64,000 nucleotides of DNA, taken from the NCBI GenBank assembly GCA_043821645.1, contig JBDRCO010000046.1:87560-151559 (forward strand), written 5' to 3'. Source of the DNA: Pseudomonadota bacterium. Lineage in GTDB: Bacteria > Myxococcota > JACRCW01 > JAFGSX01. The notes under the pieces are model-generated. The model did no database searches and was not told the DNA's origin. It was given only the letters and a program-made list of their open reading frames with translations. This document shows, piece by piece, positions 18,792 through 31,128 of this stretch; the first letter of the stretch is position 1, and every line of letters starts with the position of its first letter. The translations under genes were made by a program, and so were the position numbers.

Positions 18792-20794
18792 TGATGAGCA
18801 TCTCGCCTCTGCTCTCCCCCCTGCGGGTGGGGTCCGTGACCCTGCGCAACCGCGTGATCCTGCCGGCCATGGAGCTGACCTATTCGATGGACGGGTCGGT
18901 GACGCCACGGCACCTGGCCTTCTACCGGGCACGGGCCAAGGGCGGCACGGCCCTGGCCATCGTCGGTGGCTGCACGGTGGAGCCGCGGGCGGGTGGTCGC
19001 CACATGCTCAGCCTCAAGGAGGACGCCTGCATCGAGGGCATGCGCAGCCTGGCGGGCGCCATCCACGACGGGGATGCCCTGGCTGGCGCGCAGCTCTACC
19101 ATGCCGGCGCTTACTCCCACGCCATGCTCAGCGGCGAGCAGGCCGTGTCCGCGAGCGCTCATGTCTCCGCCTTCACCCGCGAGGAGTCCCGCGCCCTGGG
19201 TCGCGACGAGATCCCGCAGGTCCTCGACGCCTTCGTGGCTGCGGCGCGTCGCGCGGAGAGCGCGGGGTTCGACCTGATCGAGATCTGCGGCTCGGCGGGC
19301 TACCTGGTGTGCCAGTTCCTGTCGCCCCTCATCAACAAGCGCGACGATGACTATGGCGGGTCGTTCGACAACCGAGCGCGCTTTGGCGTCGAGCTGTGTC
19401 AGGCCCTGCGCCAGTCTCTCGCTGCCTGCACTGCGCTGGGCATTCGCATCGCGGGCAACGACTTCGTGCCAGGCAGCCATACCAACGTCGAGGCGCAAGC
19501 CTTCGCCAAACTGGTGGCACCGCATGTCGACATGATCAACGTCACTGGAGGATGGCACGAAACGCGGGTGCCTCAGCTTCCCGCTGACGTCCCCCGGGGT
19601 GGCTTCGCGTACCTGGCAGCGGGGGTACGCCGAGTGGTGGACAAGCCCGTGGCAGCGTCGAATCGCCTTGGTGATCCTGACCTCGCCGAGCAGGTGTTGC
19701 GACGCGGCCTGGCGGATCTCGTGTGCCTCGGGCGGCCACTCATCGCCGATCCCGCATGGGTGGACAAGGTGACGCGGGGCGCGCGTGACGAGATCGTGCC
19801 CTGCACGGCCTGCAATCAGAGCTGCTTCGACGCCATCATGAAGCTGCAGCCCGTGGGCTGCATGGTCAACCCCCGGGCCGGCCGGGAGGACGAGACCCCC
19901 ATCGAACCCGCCGTCACGGCACGCACGCTTCTCGTCGTGGGGGGGGGCGTGGCCGGTTGCACGGCGGCCATCACGGCCGCGGCGCGAGGTCACCAGGTCA
20001 CCCTGGTCGAGCGCGACGACCACCTCGGCGGTCAGGTGGCCTGGGCGGCGATCCCGACCCACAAGCCCGAGTTCCCGGTGCTGCTGCGCTACCAGGCCGC
20101 TGCCCTCGAGCGCCTCGGCGTGGACGTGCAGTGTGAGACCATCGCGGACCGCGCGCTGGTCGAGCGGATGAAGCCCGACGTGGTGGCTGTGGCGACGGGT
20201 GCGGCCCCCGTGCGGCCCGCGATTCCAGGAGTCGATCTGCCCCACGTGGTGCAGGCCTGGGACGTGCTGCGCGGCGAGGCAGAGGTGGGGCAGCGCGTGG
20301 TGGTCGTGGGTGGAGGCTCGGTGGGCTGCGAGACCGCACTATGGATCGCGGCCGAGGGCACTGCCACGCCCGAGCAGCTCGCCTTCTTGCTGTTCTTCGA
20401 AGCGGAGTCGCTGGAGACCCTGCGCCAGCTGCAGCGGAGCGGCCAGCGCGAGGTCGCGGTGGTGGAGATGGAGCGGCGCCTGGGGGGTGACCTCGGGTCG
20501 CGGCGCTGGATCGTGGTCGACGCGATGCACAAGCGCGGTGTGCGAGCCCTCAAGAGCACCACCGTGCTGGCCATCGAGCCGCAGGGCGTGCGGGTGCGCA
20601 AGGCGGGCGGTGACGAGGAGCTGCTCGCCTGTGACAGCGTGGTCCTGGCGGTTGGTGCTCGGTCCACCGCGGACCTTGGCCGCGCGCTCGAGGGGCTGCC
20701 CGGTGTCGAGATTCGCGTCGTGGGTGACGCGGGCGCCGTGGGCAAGATCCCGGACGCCATCGCGCAGGGCTTCGAACTCGGGCGGACGCTCTAA
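18791..20794 (+). CDS. fadH: 2,4-dienoyl-CoA reductase (FMN / 4Fe-4S / FAD)
   Basis: OYE barrel with GSAGYL and GWHETRVP, cluster motif CTACNQSC...CMVNP, two GxG Rossmann motifs. Confidence 0.8.
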   Translation: MMSISPLLSPLRVGSVTLRNRVILPAMELTYSMDGSVTPRHLAFYRARAKGGTALAIVGGCTVEPRAGGRHMLSLKEDACIEGMRSLAGAIHDGDALAGAQLYHAGAYSHAMLSGEQAVSASAHVSAFTREESRALGRDEIPQVLDAFVAAARRAESAGFDLIEICGSAGYLVCQFLSPLINKRDDDYGGSFDNRARFGVELCQALRQSLAACTALGIRIAGNDFVPGSHTNVEAQAFAKLVAPHVDMINVTGGWHETRVPQLPADVPRGGFAYLAAGVRRVVDKPVAASNRLGDPDLAEQVLRRGLADLVCLGRPLIADPAWVDKVTRGARDEIVPCTACNQSCFDAIMKLQPVGCMVNPRAGREDETPIEPAVTARTLLVVGGGVAGCTAAITAAARGHQVTLVERDDHLGGQVAWAAIPTHKPEFPVLLRYQAAALERLGVDVQCETIADRALVERMKPDVVAVATGAAPVRPAIPGVDLPHVVQAWDVLRGEAEVGQRVVVVGGGSVGCETALWIAAEGTATPEQLAFLLFFEAESLETLRQLQRSGQREVAVVEMERRLGGDLGSRRWIVVDAMHKRGVRALKSTTVLAIEPQGVRVRKAGGDEELLACDSVVLAVGARSTADLGRALEGLPGVEIRVVGDAGAVGKIPDAIAQGFELGRTL

Positions 20795-20954
20795 GTCGCC
20801 ACGCTGCGGCTGTTCGTTCTGTATACCCACCGTCCACCTGACCTCCACCATCGCGCCGCGGAACGACCGGAGGCTTGTCCGGCGGCGCGCCGGCGTTACG
20901 TGCTTTCCCACAAACGGAACGGCGGGTCGCACTCGACCCGCGACGGAGAACGCG

Positions 20955-21413
20955 ATGTCAAAGATGTTCAAGAACCTCCTCGTGGTGACCGGCGCCACCC
21001 TTGTCCTGACCGGCATCTCGTCGGTGAGCCTCGCCTGCGGAGAAGATGGCCAGATGGCCATGACGGTTCGCCAGGTCAGTGTTGCCGAGCTGGCGGGGTT
21101 GATGGACTCGACAGCGGGACTGCAGGACAAGCTGGCGGTGGTGGACGTGAACAGCTCCAAGACGCGATCCAGCATGGGGGTGATCCCCGGCGCGATCCTG
21201 CTCAGCTCGTCCTCGCAATACGTGGTCGCGAAGGAACTGCCCGCGAGCAAGAGCACGCCGCTGGTGTTCTACTGCGCCAACACCCACTGCACGGCCTCCA
21301 AGACCGCTGCCCAGCGAGCCCTCGACGCGGGCTACGTCAACGTCGCCATTCTGCCCGAGGGCATTGCGGGTTGGCGCCAGGCTCGCAAGCCCACCGAGAC
21401 ACCCTCCATCTGA
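20955..21413 (+). CDS. Exported single-domain rhodanese-like protein
   Basis: RBS GGAG, signal/lipobox-like SLAC, GVIPGA, active loop YCANTHCTAS, GIAGW. Confidence 0.85.
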   Translation: MSKMFKNLLVVTGATLVLTGISSVSLACGEDGQMAMTVRQVSVAELAGLMDSTAGLQDKLAVVDVNSSKTRSSMGVIPGAILLSSSSQYVVAKELPASKSTPLVFYCANTHCTASKTAAQRALDAGYVNVAILPEGIAGWRQARKPTETPSI

Positions 21414-21587
21414 TCCCTCCCCGTCCTGTATTGGACCGCGTGTCACTGAAGCGCACCACGGGGTCTGCTGAGCGCCTGCGGGATTTCTGCGCAGGAGCGC
21501 CGCGCGTGCCGCGGGCGTATGAGCATTGCAGCGCCCTGCGGACAGCACTACGTTGAGTGCCCCGATCGACCACCGTGGAGCAGCACC

Positions 21588-24257
<2,670 letters not shown>

Positions 24258-24427
24258 GGCGAAGTTCGCCTGGACCGAGCCTGCGCCGCCTCCACACTTG
24301 CCTGCGCGGTGGACTCCAGCTATTCGATCCCGGTCACACGGCGGTGCGGGGGCGATCGGGTGTTGCCGGGTCTGGCGATTCCGATGGGCTCCGGAATTCA
24401 CCCCTTCCGATCACGAGGAGACACACC

Positions 24428-25006
24428 ATGCCATTCACGCTCCCGGCTCTGCCCTTTGCCCTCGATGCCCTGGCTCCGCACATCAGCACCGAGACCCTGG
24501 AATTTCACCACGGCAAGCACCACCAGGCTTACGTCACCAACCTCAACAACCTCACCGAGGGAAAGCCCGAGGCCAGCCAGAGTCTCGACGAGCTGGTGCG
24601 CACCGCCGAGGGCGGCGTGTTCAACAACGCCGCTCAGGTGTGGAACCACAGCTTCTACTTCAAGGGGCTCAAGCCGGGCGGGGGCGGCACGGCCACGGGT
24701 GCGATCGGGAATGCCATCACCACCAGCTTCGGCAGCTTCGACGCCTTCACCGCGCAGTTCACCAAGGCCGCGACCACGCTGTTTGGCTCGGGCTGGTGCT
24801 GGCTGGTCAAGAACGCGCAGGGTGGCCTCGAGATCGTGCAGACCCAGAACGCGCAGAACCCCCTGCGCGACGGCAAGACCCCGCTGTTGACCTGTGACGT
24901 GTGGGAGCATGCCTACTACGTCGACTATCGCAACGCTCGCCCCAAGTACGTCGAGGCCTGGTTCCACCTCATCAACTGGGACGCGGTCAACGCCTTGCTC
25001 GGCTGA
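24428..25006 (+). CDS. sodB: Superoxide dismutase [Fe]
   Basis: HHGKHH, NNAAQVWNH (Fe-type AAQ), FGSGW, DVWEHAYY. RBS GAGGAG. Confidence 0.96.
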   Translation: MPFTLPALPFALDALAPHISTETLEFHHGKHHQAYVTNLNNLTEGKPEASQSLDELVRTAEGGVFNNAAQVWNHSFYFKGLKPGGGGTATGAIGNAITTSFGSFDAFTAQFTKAATTLFGSGWCWLVKNAQGGLEIVQTQNAQNPLRDGKTPLLTCDVWEHAYYVDYRNARPKYVEAWFHLINWDAVNALLG

Positions 25007-25088
25007 GGCACCTCGATCCGACTTGCCCGGGCTGGCGCGGGCCTGCACAATCCAGATCGCTTCCAGATTCTTTCCGTGGGGGGGAGAC

Positions 25089-26237
25089 ATGGTCGCGACA
25101 CTCGGCGCGCAAACGCTCTTTGCTCCGGCAGAGCGCGCAGCTCCAGATCTCCTGCATCGCCAGGTACACCAGGTCGCCGGTCACGCGCTCACTGCGGCAC
25201 TGCTCGAGGCCATGGGCGGCGTGGTGCTCGTGCTCAACGCGCAGCGCCAGATCGTGGCGGTCAACCGGACCCTGCTCATGACCGTGGGCGTCGACGTTCC
25301 GGAGGGCGTTCTGGGTCAGCGCCTGGGCGAAACCCTCGAATGTCGACACGTCTTCTCGACCCCGTCGGGTTGTGGCACGGGGGAGGCCTGTCGCAGCTGT
25401 GGCGCCGTGCTCGCGACCCTGGCCTGCCAGGAGCACGATGCGGCGGTGGAGCGGGAATGTGTGCTCACCCCGGCGCGGGAGGATGTCGGCACGCTGGCTT
25501 TTCGCGCGCGCTGCGCACCCCTGCGTCTCGATGACGCATGCTATTCCGTCCTCACGCTGCAGGACATTCGGCGCGAGAAGAGGCTCGACGAGCTGCAGCA
25601 GCTGTTCTTTCACGATCTGCTCAACGTGCTGCAAGGCCTCGGTGGACTGTGTGAGGCCTTGCCCAGCGCGGGCAACGGCGAGCGCCAGAACATGCTGCGA
25701 ACCCTGCAGCATGTGACCGCGCAGCTCGGCGAGATGGTCCTTGCGCAGCGCGACCTGCACCGCATGGAGCAGGGGAGCTACCGCACACGCCGCGAACGCA
25801 TCTCCGTCGACGAGGTCGTCGCGCGCCTGCGGGCGGTCTTCGACAGCGAGAGCCGCTCCGCGCGCCTGGCCTGGCCTGCGCCGATGGGCGCCACGCTGGT
25901 GACCGATCCGCCCGTGCTGTTGCGCGCCCTGGGCAACGTGCTGCGCAATGCCCTCGAAGCGAGCCGAGACGACGACAAGGTACAGCTCGAGGTGGAGCCG
26001 GGCCCCCTGCACGTCTGCTTTGCCGTGTGGAGCGCTCCCCCCATTGCCCCCTCGGTGGCGCTGCGTGTGTTCGAGCGTCACTACAGTACCAAGGGAGGTG
26101 GTGGGCGAGGCCTGGGCTGCTATGCCGCCAAGCTCATGGTCGAGCGCACCCTGGGCGGTGCCCTGTGGTTCGAGACCGGCGATGCGGGCACGAGCTTCTA
26201 CCTGCGCGTGCCCGTCGACGACAGGGCTACCACCTGA
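25089..26237 (+). CDS. Cytoplasmic sensor histidine kinase with Cys-rich PAS-like input domain
   Basis: H-box FFHDLLN, N-box NVLRNALEA, YSTKG...GRGLG. N-terminal PAS-like segment contains C-x9-C-x5-C-x2-C. Confidence 0.9.
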   Translation: MVATLGAQTLFAPAERAAPDLLHRQVHQVAGHALTAALLEAMGGVVLVLNAQRQIVAVNRTLLMTVGVDVPEGVLGQRLGETLECRHVFSTPSGCGTGEACRSCGAVLATLACQEHDAAVERECVLTPAREDVGTLAFRARCAPLRLDDACYSVLTLQDIRREKRLDELQQLFFHDLLNVLQGLGGLCEALPSAGNGERQNMLRTLQHVTAQLGEMVLAQRDLHRMEQGSYRTRRERISVDEVVARLRAVFDSESRSARLAWPAPMGATLVTDPPVLLRALGNVLRNALEASRDDDKVQLEVEPGPLHVCFAVWSAPPIAPSVALRVFERHYSTKGGGGRGLGCYAAKLMVERTLGGALWFETGDAGTSFYLRVPVDDRATT

Positions 26238-26297
26238 GCGGATGCACCTGCTTCCACCTGTCGTCGTGGCCCTGGACCAGCCCTCGCGGGCGCCCGC

Positions 26298-27020
26298 TTA
26301 TTCTTGAGGCTCGCGCCGGGGAGGAGGCCGCCGGCCGCGACGGCGATTGCGCTGTGGTGGGCGTGGACGTGCGGGCTGCGAGGGTCGGGCATCGGTGGGG
26401 AGGTGTTCCAGGCTCATCACGGCGAAACAGCGCCGCTCGCGAATCTGCCTCACCAGGTCCGCCTCGCTGGCCACAGGCTCGGGGAAGTACGTCGCGGCCA
26501 TGCCCACGTGTTCCTCGGTGCGTGCGGCCGAGCCGCCGACGCAGGTGAGTTGTAGCGTCTCGCTGGCTTCGATGGCGAGGTCCCGCTGCATGCCGGTGGT
26601 CAGCGGTGAGGCCACCTCGCAGGCATGCAGGCCCTGCAGCGAGAAGATGTGGTCCCCCATCGGAGCGGGCACCTGCTTGTAGTAAGGGTGTGCGGCGATG
26701 ACCACACCTCCCAGGGCCTCGACCGCGGTGATCACATCGGTGGCAGCGGGCAGCTTGTCCGCGTCGACACCGAGCCAGTTGCCGGCGCTGCGCGCGCTCT
26801 CCAGGTCCGGGATGAAGCACAGCAGGACGCCGCGATTGGTGGCCACGGAGCAGCCGCACAGCGCCGTGAGCCCGGCCGCGGCACCGGCGGCTCGCACGGC
26901 GTCCACGTCGGCAAAGTCCGGTGAACCGGCGAAGGCCAGACCGTCCATCCCCTGCGCCTTGGCGTGCTCGAACATGGCGCCAGGGTTCCCCTCGTTGTGC
27001 ACATGAATGTCGATCAGCAC
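26298..27020 (-). CDS. PHP-domain protein, degenerate metal sites
   Basis: IDIHVH, GMDGLAF, GGVVIAAHPY, VGGSAAR. GTG start after AGGAG. Arg/Pro-rich tail. Confidence 0.75.
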   Translation of the reverse strand: MLIDIHVHNEGNPGAMFEHAKAQGMDGLAFAGSPDFADVDAVRAAGAAAGLTALCGCSVATNRGVLLCFIPDLESARSAGNWLGVDADKLPAATDVITAVEALGGVVIAAHPYYKQVPAPMGDHIFSLQGLHACEVASPLTTGMQRDLAIEASETLQLTCVGGSAARTEEHVGMAATYFPEPVASEADLVRQIRERRCFAVMSLEHLPTDARPSQPARPRPPQRNRRRGRRPPPRREPQE

Positions 27021-27173
27021 GTCGTTCTCCTGTTGAGACCCCATCTTGGCGGGGCGAGAGGCCGAACTTGTAGCAGCTTCGTCGCGGGCGCTCAACAGAC
27101 CACGCGCGTGGCCAGGACGCCGGTGGGTTGATACCATGCTCATGGCGAGGGCTGGATGGGTTATCGCGGCGGC

Positions 27174-27371
27174 ATGACACGAGGTCCCGAAGGTGCGCTG
27201 CGCGACGGTTGGCGACGCCTTGGAGTCCTTGCCGTCGCGGTGGTGATCATGGGTTGCTGCTGCCCTGCGCTGCCCCCGGCGACCCTGGTCTGGCACATCG
27301 AAGCAGGTCCCCCGGCCTCGACCGAGGCCGTACTCGAGTCTGTGGATCCGCCAGTCCTCTGGTCGCGCTGA
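27174..27371 (+). CDS. Possible small lipoprotein
   Basis: 65-aa ORF with basic n-region, hydrophobic stretch and IMGC(CC). No recognisable domain. Confidence 0.3.
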   Translation: MTRGPEGALRDGWRRLGVLAVAVVIMGCCCPALPPATLVWHIEAGPPASTEAVLESVDPPVLWSR

Positions 27372-27412
27372 GCGCAGGCTCTCCGTCGACCAGCCGAGAA
27401 CCAGGAGACGTG

Positions 27413-28645
27413 GTGCGAAGCCTGCTGTGGTTCGTGCTGGGATGCATGGTTGGTGGCCTCGCCGTGGCGGGTGCCTTCACGCTGTGGATCCTGGTCGAGG
27501 AGCCCCCGCCGGTGGTGGTGGTGGATGCGGGCCCGCCATGTCCCGACTTTCCGTTCGAGAAACCGCCGTGGCTGCCCGAGACACAGGCCAAGGACATCGA
27601 CAGACCCGTTCTCCTCGATGTTCCCGCGAGCCTGGAGCCGCGGGTCCAGTTCTGGGAAAAGCTGTGGGGCGTGCACGCCGACCGCGTCTACCTGCTGGCG
27701 GATCGTCGCGTGCCCTGGGTCGTGCACAGCCTGGTCGACTGCCGCTCGATGTTTGCCGATGGCGATTCCGCCGCGGCAGAGAATCTGTGCGACCGTCGCC
27801 TGATCGCGGCCAAGAAGCGCGTGATCCAGCGCCTGAACCGTCAGCGACGACGGCCGGGTCCCGAGCTGCTGGCCCAGTACGGGGGGCAGCGCAAGCTGGT
27901 GGCCACGGCCGCGCGGCACATCCTGGTCATCCAGGGGCTGCGCGGTCGCCTGGACCAGGCTCTGAATCGGGGTGCCCACGCCCTGGTCCTGGCCGAGCAT
28001 GTCTTTGCCATGGAAGGTGTGCCCCCCGCCCTGGCGCGCCTGGCCATCATCGAGTCGCTGTTCGAAGCCGACGTGGCTTCGCCGGCAGGCGCGGTGGGGG
28101 CCTTCCAGTTCGTCGTCGACACCGCGCGGGAATATCTGCAGGTCGATCCCTTCGTGGATGAGCGCCTGGACCCCCTGCGCTCAAGCTGGGCCGCGGCGCG
28201 CTACCTCGACGCCATGCACCGCGAATTCGGCGACTGGCCGCTGACCGTCACCGCCTACAACACCGGACCCACCCGCCTGCGCCGCTTGCTCGGGCGTGGT
28301 CGCAATCGCGACCTTGGCCGGCTGGTCGCGGCAACGCCGCGGGGCGGATTCGGCTTCGATGGTCAGAACTACTTTGCCCAGCTCGCTGCGGTCGTGCGTG
28401 TGACCCAGAGCTGGCAGCCGCCCACCCTGCCCCCGGCTCCCCGCGTGCTGCGCATGGTTCAGCCCTTGCCCCTGGATCGCCTGGCGGCCTGTGTCGGCGT
28501 CGACATCCCGCAGCTCATCGACCACAACCCAGCGCTGACCGACCTGGTGACCCAGCAGGGCGCCGACATCCCGCTGGGGACCCTGATCGCAGTGCCCGCC
28601 GCAGAGCTAGCCCTCGAGAGTCCGCAGACCGGTGCAGGGAGCTGA
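27413..28645 (+). CDS. Membrane-anchored lytic transglycosylase (SLT/MltD-like)
   Basis: N-terminal TM, IIES catalytic Glu, GAVGAFQF, DERLDP, AYNTG. RBS AGGAG. Confidence 0.9.
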   Translation: MRSLLWFVLGCMVGGLAVAGAFTLWILVEEPPPVVVVDAGPPCPDFPFEKPPWLPETQAKDIDRPVLLDVPASLEPRVQFWEKLWGVHADRVYLLADRRVPWVVHSLVDCRSMFADGDSAAAENLCDRRLIAAKKRVIQRLNRQRRRPGPELLAQYGGQRKLVATAARHILVIQGLRGRLDQALNRGAHALVLAEHVFAMEGVPPALARLAIIESLFEADVASPAGAVGAFQFVVDTAREYLQVDPFVDERLDPLRSSWAAARYLDAMHREFGDWPLTVTAYNTGPTRLRRLLGRGRNRDLGRLVAATPRGGFGFDGQNYFAQLAAVVRVTQSWQPPTLPPAPRVLRMVQPLPLDRLAACVGVDIPQLIDHNPALTDLVTQQGADIPLGTLIAVPAAELALESPQTGAGS

Positions 28646-28740
28646 TGCGCGGCGGCAGATTCGAGTACAATCGTTGCGGCGAGCGGGCGGCGGTCCTGGT
28701 GTCGGGACCAGAGCCACAGGCAGCTCGAGAGAGAGGACGT

Positions 28741-30021
28741 ATGCGCGCCACCCGTGCGGTCGCCGTGAGCTTGCTGGGCCTGTCGCTGCTTGCAGCCTGT
28801 CCTGGCCCCACGGCGCCACTCAAGGTCGAGATCCTGGACTACGACCAAAGCAAAACGGAGTGGCGTCTGGCCACGGCCACCCTGACCTCGGTGAAGGACC
28901 TCAACAACCTCACGGGGCAATGGTTCGATCTCGTGGGCAACCAGCAGGTCGCCCAGGATGTTCTGGCCTACCAGGAGCTGGACCCCGACACCGTGACTCT
29001 GGAGCAGCTGCGCGACATGACCCTGGACCGGCGCGGCGAGCCGGTGCAGCTGTCCTACGACTTCGTCACCGACAGTGCCGGAGATCCGGTCGCGGTGGCC
29101 AACGACTTCGAGAGCCTGTCGATGATGACGGTGTTCCACCACTTCGAGAAGGTGTGGGGCTTCGCGCACGACACCATCGGTGACAGCACCGACGCCACGT
29201 CCGCGCACTCCCTGGTCGGGTTCTACGCCACGGTGGCGGCGCGGGTGGGCATTCCCATCCCCGTTCTGTCCGCCGACAACGCGGCCTTCGTGCCCATGAC
29301 CGACTCCTTCGTGGTGCTGCGAATCCAGCTCATCGACGGCATCCCCTTCGCGCTCAACCCCGGCGTCATCGCGCATGAGTTCAGCCACCGGCTGTTCTTT
29401 CACAACGTGTTCGCGCGCTCGGCTTTTCGCAACTGGTTTGACAAGACCTTGCGCAGCGCGACCACCCAGACCGACGAGGAGACTCGCTTCGGTGTGTTGC
29501 TCAAGGCTCTCGACGAGGGCTGTGCCGACGTGCATGCCCTGGCGTTCTCGGGTCGCACCCAGTTCATCGCGGACAGCATCCAGGGGGATCTCGGTGAAGG
29601 CACTCGGTTGCAGCGCGACGTCGAGGGTGCCTTTGCGGACTGGGCGACCTACACGGCCCTGGAGAGTGGCGAGACCTTCCCCGGGACGTCGACAGACCTG
29701 TGCTCGGGCGCCTCGGATAACTTTCACAACGCGGACTGGAACTTTTACTGCCTGGGGACGGTGTGGGCACGGGCCCTGTGGGATGCCTCGGGTCGTGACG
29801 TCGGGGCACTGCGCCAGGACATCGCGCCAGCCCTCTACCGAGCCCTCAGCCGCCTGGGCGAGGAGCAGCTGGCGGCCAACTGGTACTTTGACTTCGAGCT
29901 GGTGCTGGAGCTGATGGCGCAGGAGGTGTCGAGTGGCGCCCCCGCGCGCCTCGGCATGCTGTGCGACGCCTTCCAGGACAAGTTCTCGACCCTGATGGGC
30001 TGGGTGACCACATGTCCGTGA
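28741..30021 (+). CDS. Lipoprotein zinc metallopeptidase (gluzincin, thermolysin/M4-M36-like)
   Basis: Lipobox LAAC, DNAAF, AHEFSH, downstream ALDEGCAD third ligand. Confidence 0.75.
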   Translation: MRATRAVAVSLLGLSLLAACPGPTAPLKVEILDYDQSKTEWRLATATLTSVKDLNNLTGQWFDLVGNQQVAQDVLAYQELDPDTVTLEQLRDMTLDRRGEPVQLSYDFVTDSAGDPVAVANDFESLSMMTVFHHFEKVWGFAHDTIGDSTDATSAHSLVGFYATVAARVGIPIPVLSADNAAFVPMTDSFVVLRIQLIDGIPFALNPGVIAHEFSHRLFFHNVFARSAFRNWFDKTLRSATTQTDEETRFGVLLKALDEGCADVHALAFSGRTQFIADSIQGDLGEGTRLQRDVEGAFADWATYTALESGETFPGTSTDLCSGASDNFHNADWNFYCLGTVWARALWDASGRDVGALRQDIAPALYRALSRLGEEQLAANWYFDFELVLELMAQEVSSGAPARLGMLCDAFQDKFSTLMGWVTTCP

Positions 30022-30605
30022 TCGCACTCGCCGTCGTGGCGGCGCTCGCTGCGGCCTCGCCCCGCAGTGCGGCCAACGTCAAGAAGCAGAGCGAGGTGGA
30101 CGCGCCCCTGGGTGTGGCCCTGGACCTCACCGGCAGCGTGACCGCGCGGCCCGAGCGTTCCAAGGGTGGCACCGACCCCCTGCTGCAACTCGGGTTGCGC
30201 GGGGCCTACCTGTGGGGTGTGACCGGACGCAGTGGCCCCGTCGTGGGCGGAGAGCTGGCCCTGCGCACCCTGGGCATTCCCGAGAGCGACGGCTCCAGCC
30301 AGGTGGGATCGGATCTCTTCACCCTGTCGACCCAGGCGGGTGCCCTGGCAGGCTACCGTCTCGCCACCCGCAACCTGACCCTGACCCCGCACCTGAGTGC
30401 CGGGGTGCTCAACGATGTGGTCCTGGTTCACCTCAAGAGCCCGGGGGCCGAATCCTGGCGACCACGCTGGTTGCCCGGGGCCTACCTCGGCGGTGGTGTC
30501 GTCGGAAGCTTCTTCATGGTCATGCTGCGACTGGACTCGGCGCTCGGAGTCCTCGACGGCCGCCCGGTCTATCGCTTCGATACTGGACTGGGGGTGCTGT
30601 TCTGA
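30012..30605 (+). CDS. Putative outer-membrane beta-barrel protein
   Basis: Signal peptide, alternating amphipathic strands, C-terminal TGLGVLF. Confidence 0.6.
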   Translation: MSVIALAVVAALAAASPRSAANVKKQSEVDAPLGVALDLTGSVTARPERSKGGTDPLLQLGLRGAYLWGVTGRSGPVVGGELALRTLGIPESDGSSQVGSDLFTLSTQAGALAGYRLATRNLTLTPHLSAGVLNDVVLVHLKSPGAESWRPRWLPGAYLGGGVVGSFFMVMLRLDSALGVLDGRPVYRFDTGLGVLF

Positions 30606-31120
30606 TGCGACCCCACCTGCTGTCTCTCGTCGTCGCCCTGGGCCTGGCCACGGGCTGTGCGCACAAGGTCAAGGTGGTCACGACGCCGCCGGGCGCGATG
30701 GTCATCGTCGACGGTACCAAGGTGGGCACCTCGCCCGTGGTGTACGAGGAGAGCATCTTGCCTGGCAATCACCGCATCGAGGCGCGCCTGCAGGGCTACA
30801 GGTCAGCGCGCGTCGAGGTGCAGCGCACCGAGATCGAGTGGTGGTGGGTGGCCGGCGGTATTGGCGGCTGCGTGCTGTGCAGCGGGCCCATGTGCCTGGT
30901 CGGTGCCTCGCTCGCCAACCTGTCCCTGTGTCCCGCCTGCCTGGGCTGCCTGCTGACCCAGAACCCAGGGACGTTGCTGGCGATCTTCACCGCGCCGAGC
31001 CTGCTCACCGTGCCCCTGCTGAGCCTGGGTGCGCTCATCGGTGTCGCTCCCCTGGGCTTGCTGGCCCTGTCCGAGCGCTCACCTGACGTCGTCAAGCTGA
31101 CGCTCCAACCCGAGCGCTGA
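30605..31120 (+). CDS. PEGA-domain lipoprotein with hydrophobic Cys-rich insert
   Basis: Lipobox ATGC, TTPPGAMVIVDG..GTSP, GNHRIEARLQGY. Confidence 0.8.
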   Translation: MRPHLLSLVVALGLATGCAHKVKVVTTPPGAMVIVDGTKVGTSPVVYEESILPGNHRIEARLQGYRSARVEVQRTEIEWWWVAGGIGGCVLCSGPMCLVGASLANLSLCPACLGCLLTQNPGTLLAIFTAPSLLTVPLLSLGALIGVAPLGLLALSERSPDVVKLTLQPER

Positions 31121-31128
31121 GGAAGCCC

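Noticed and set aside
24258-24427. Fur box or iron-responsive element between acnA and sodB
   Set aside because: No convincing consensus or CAGUG-loop hairpin seen.
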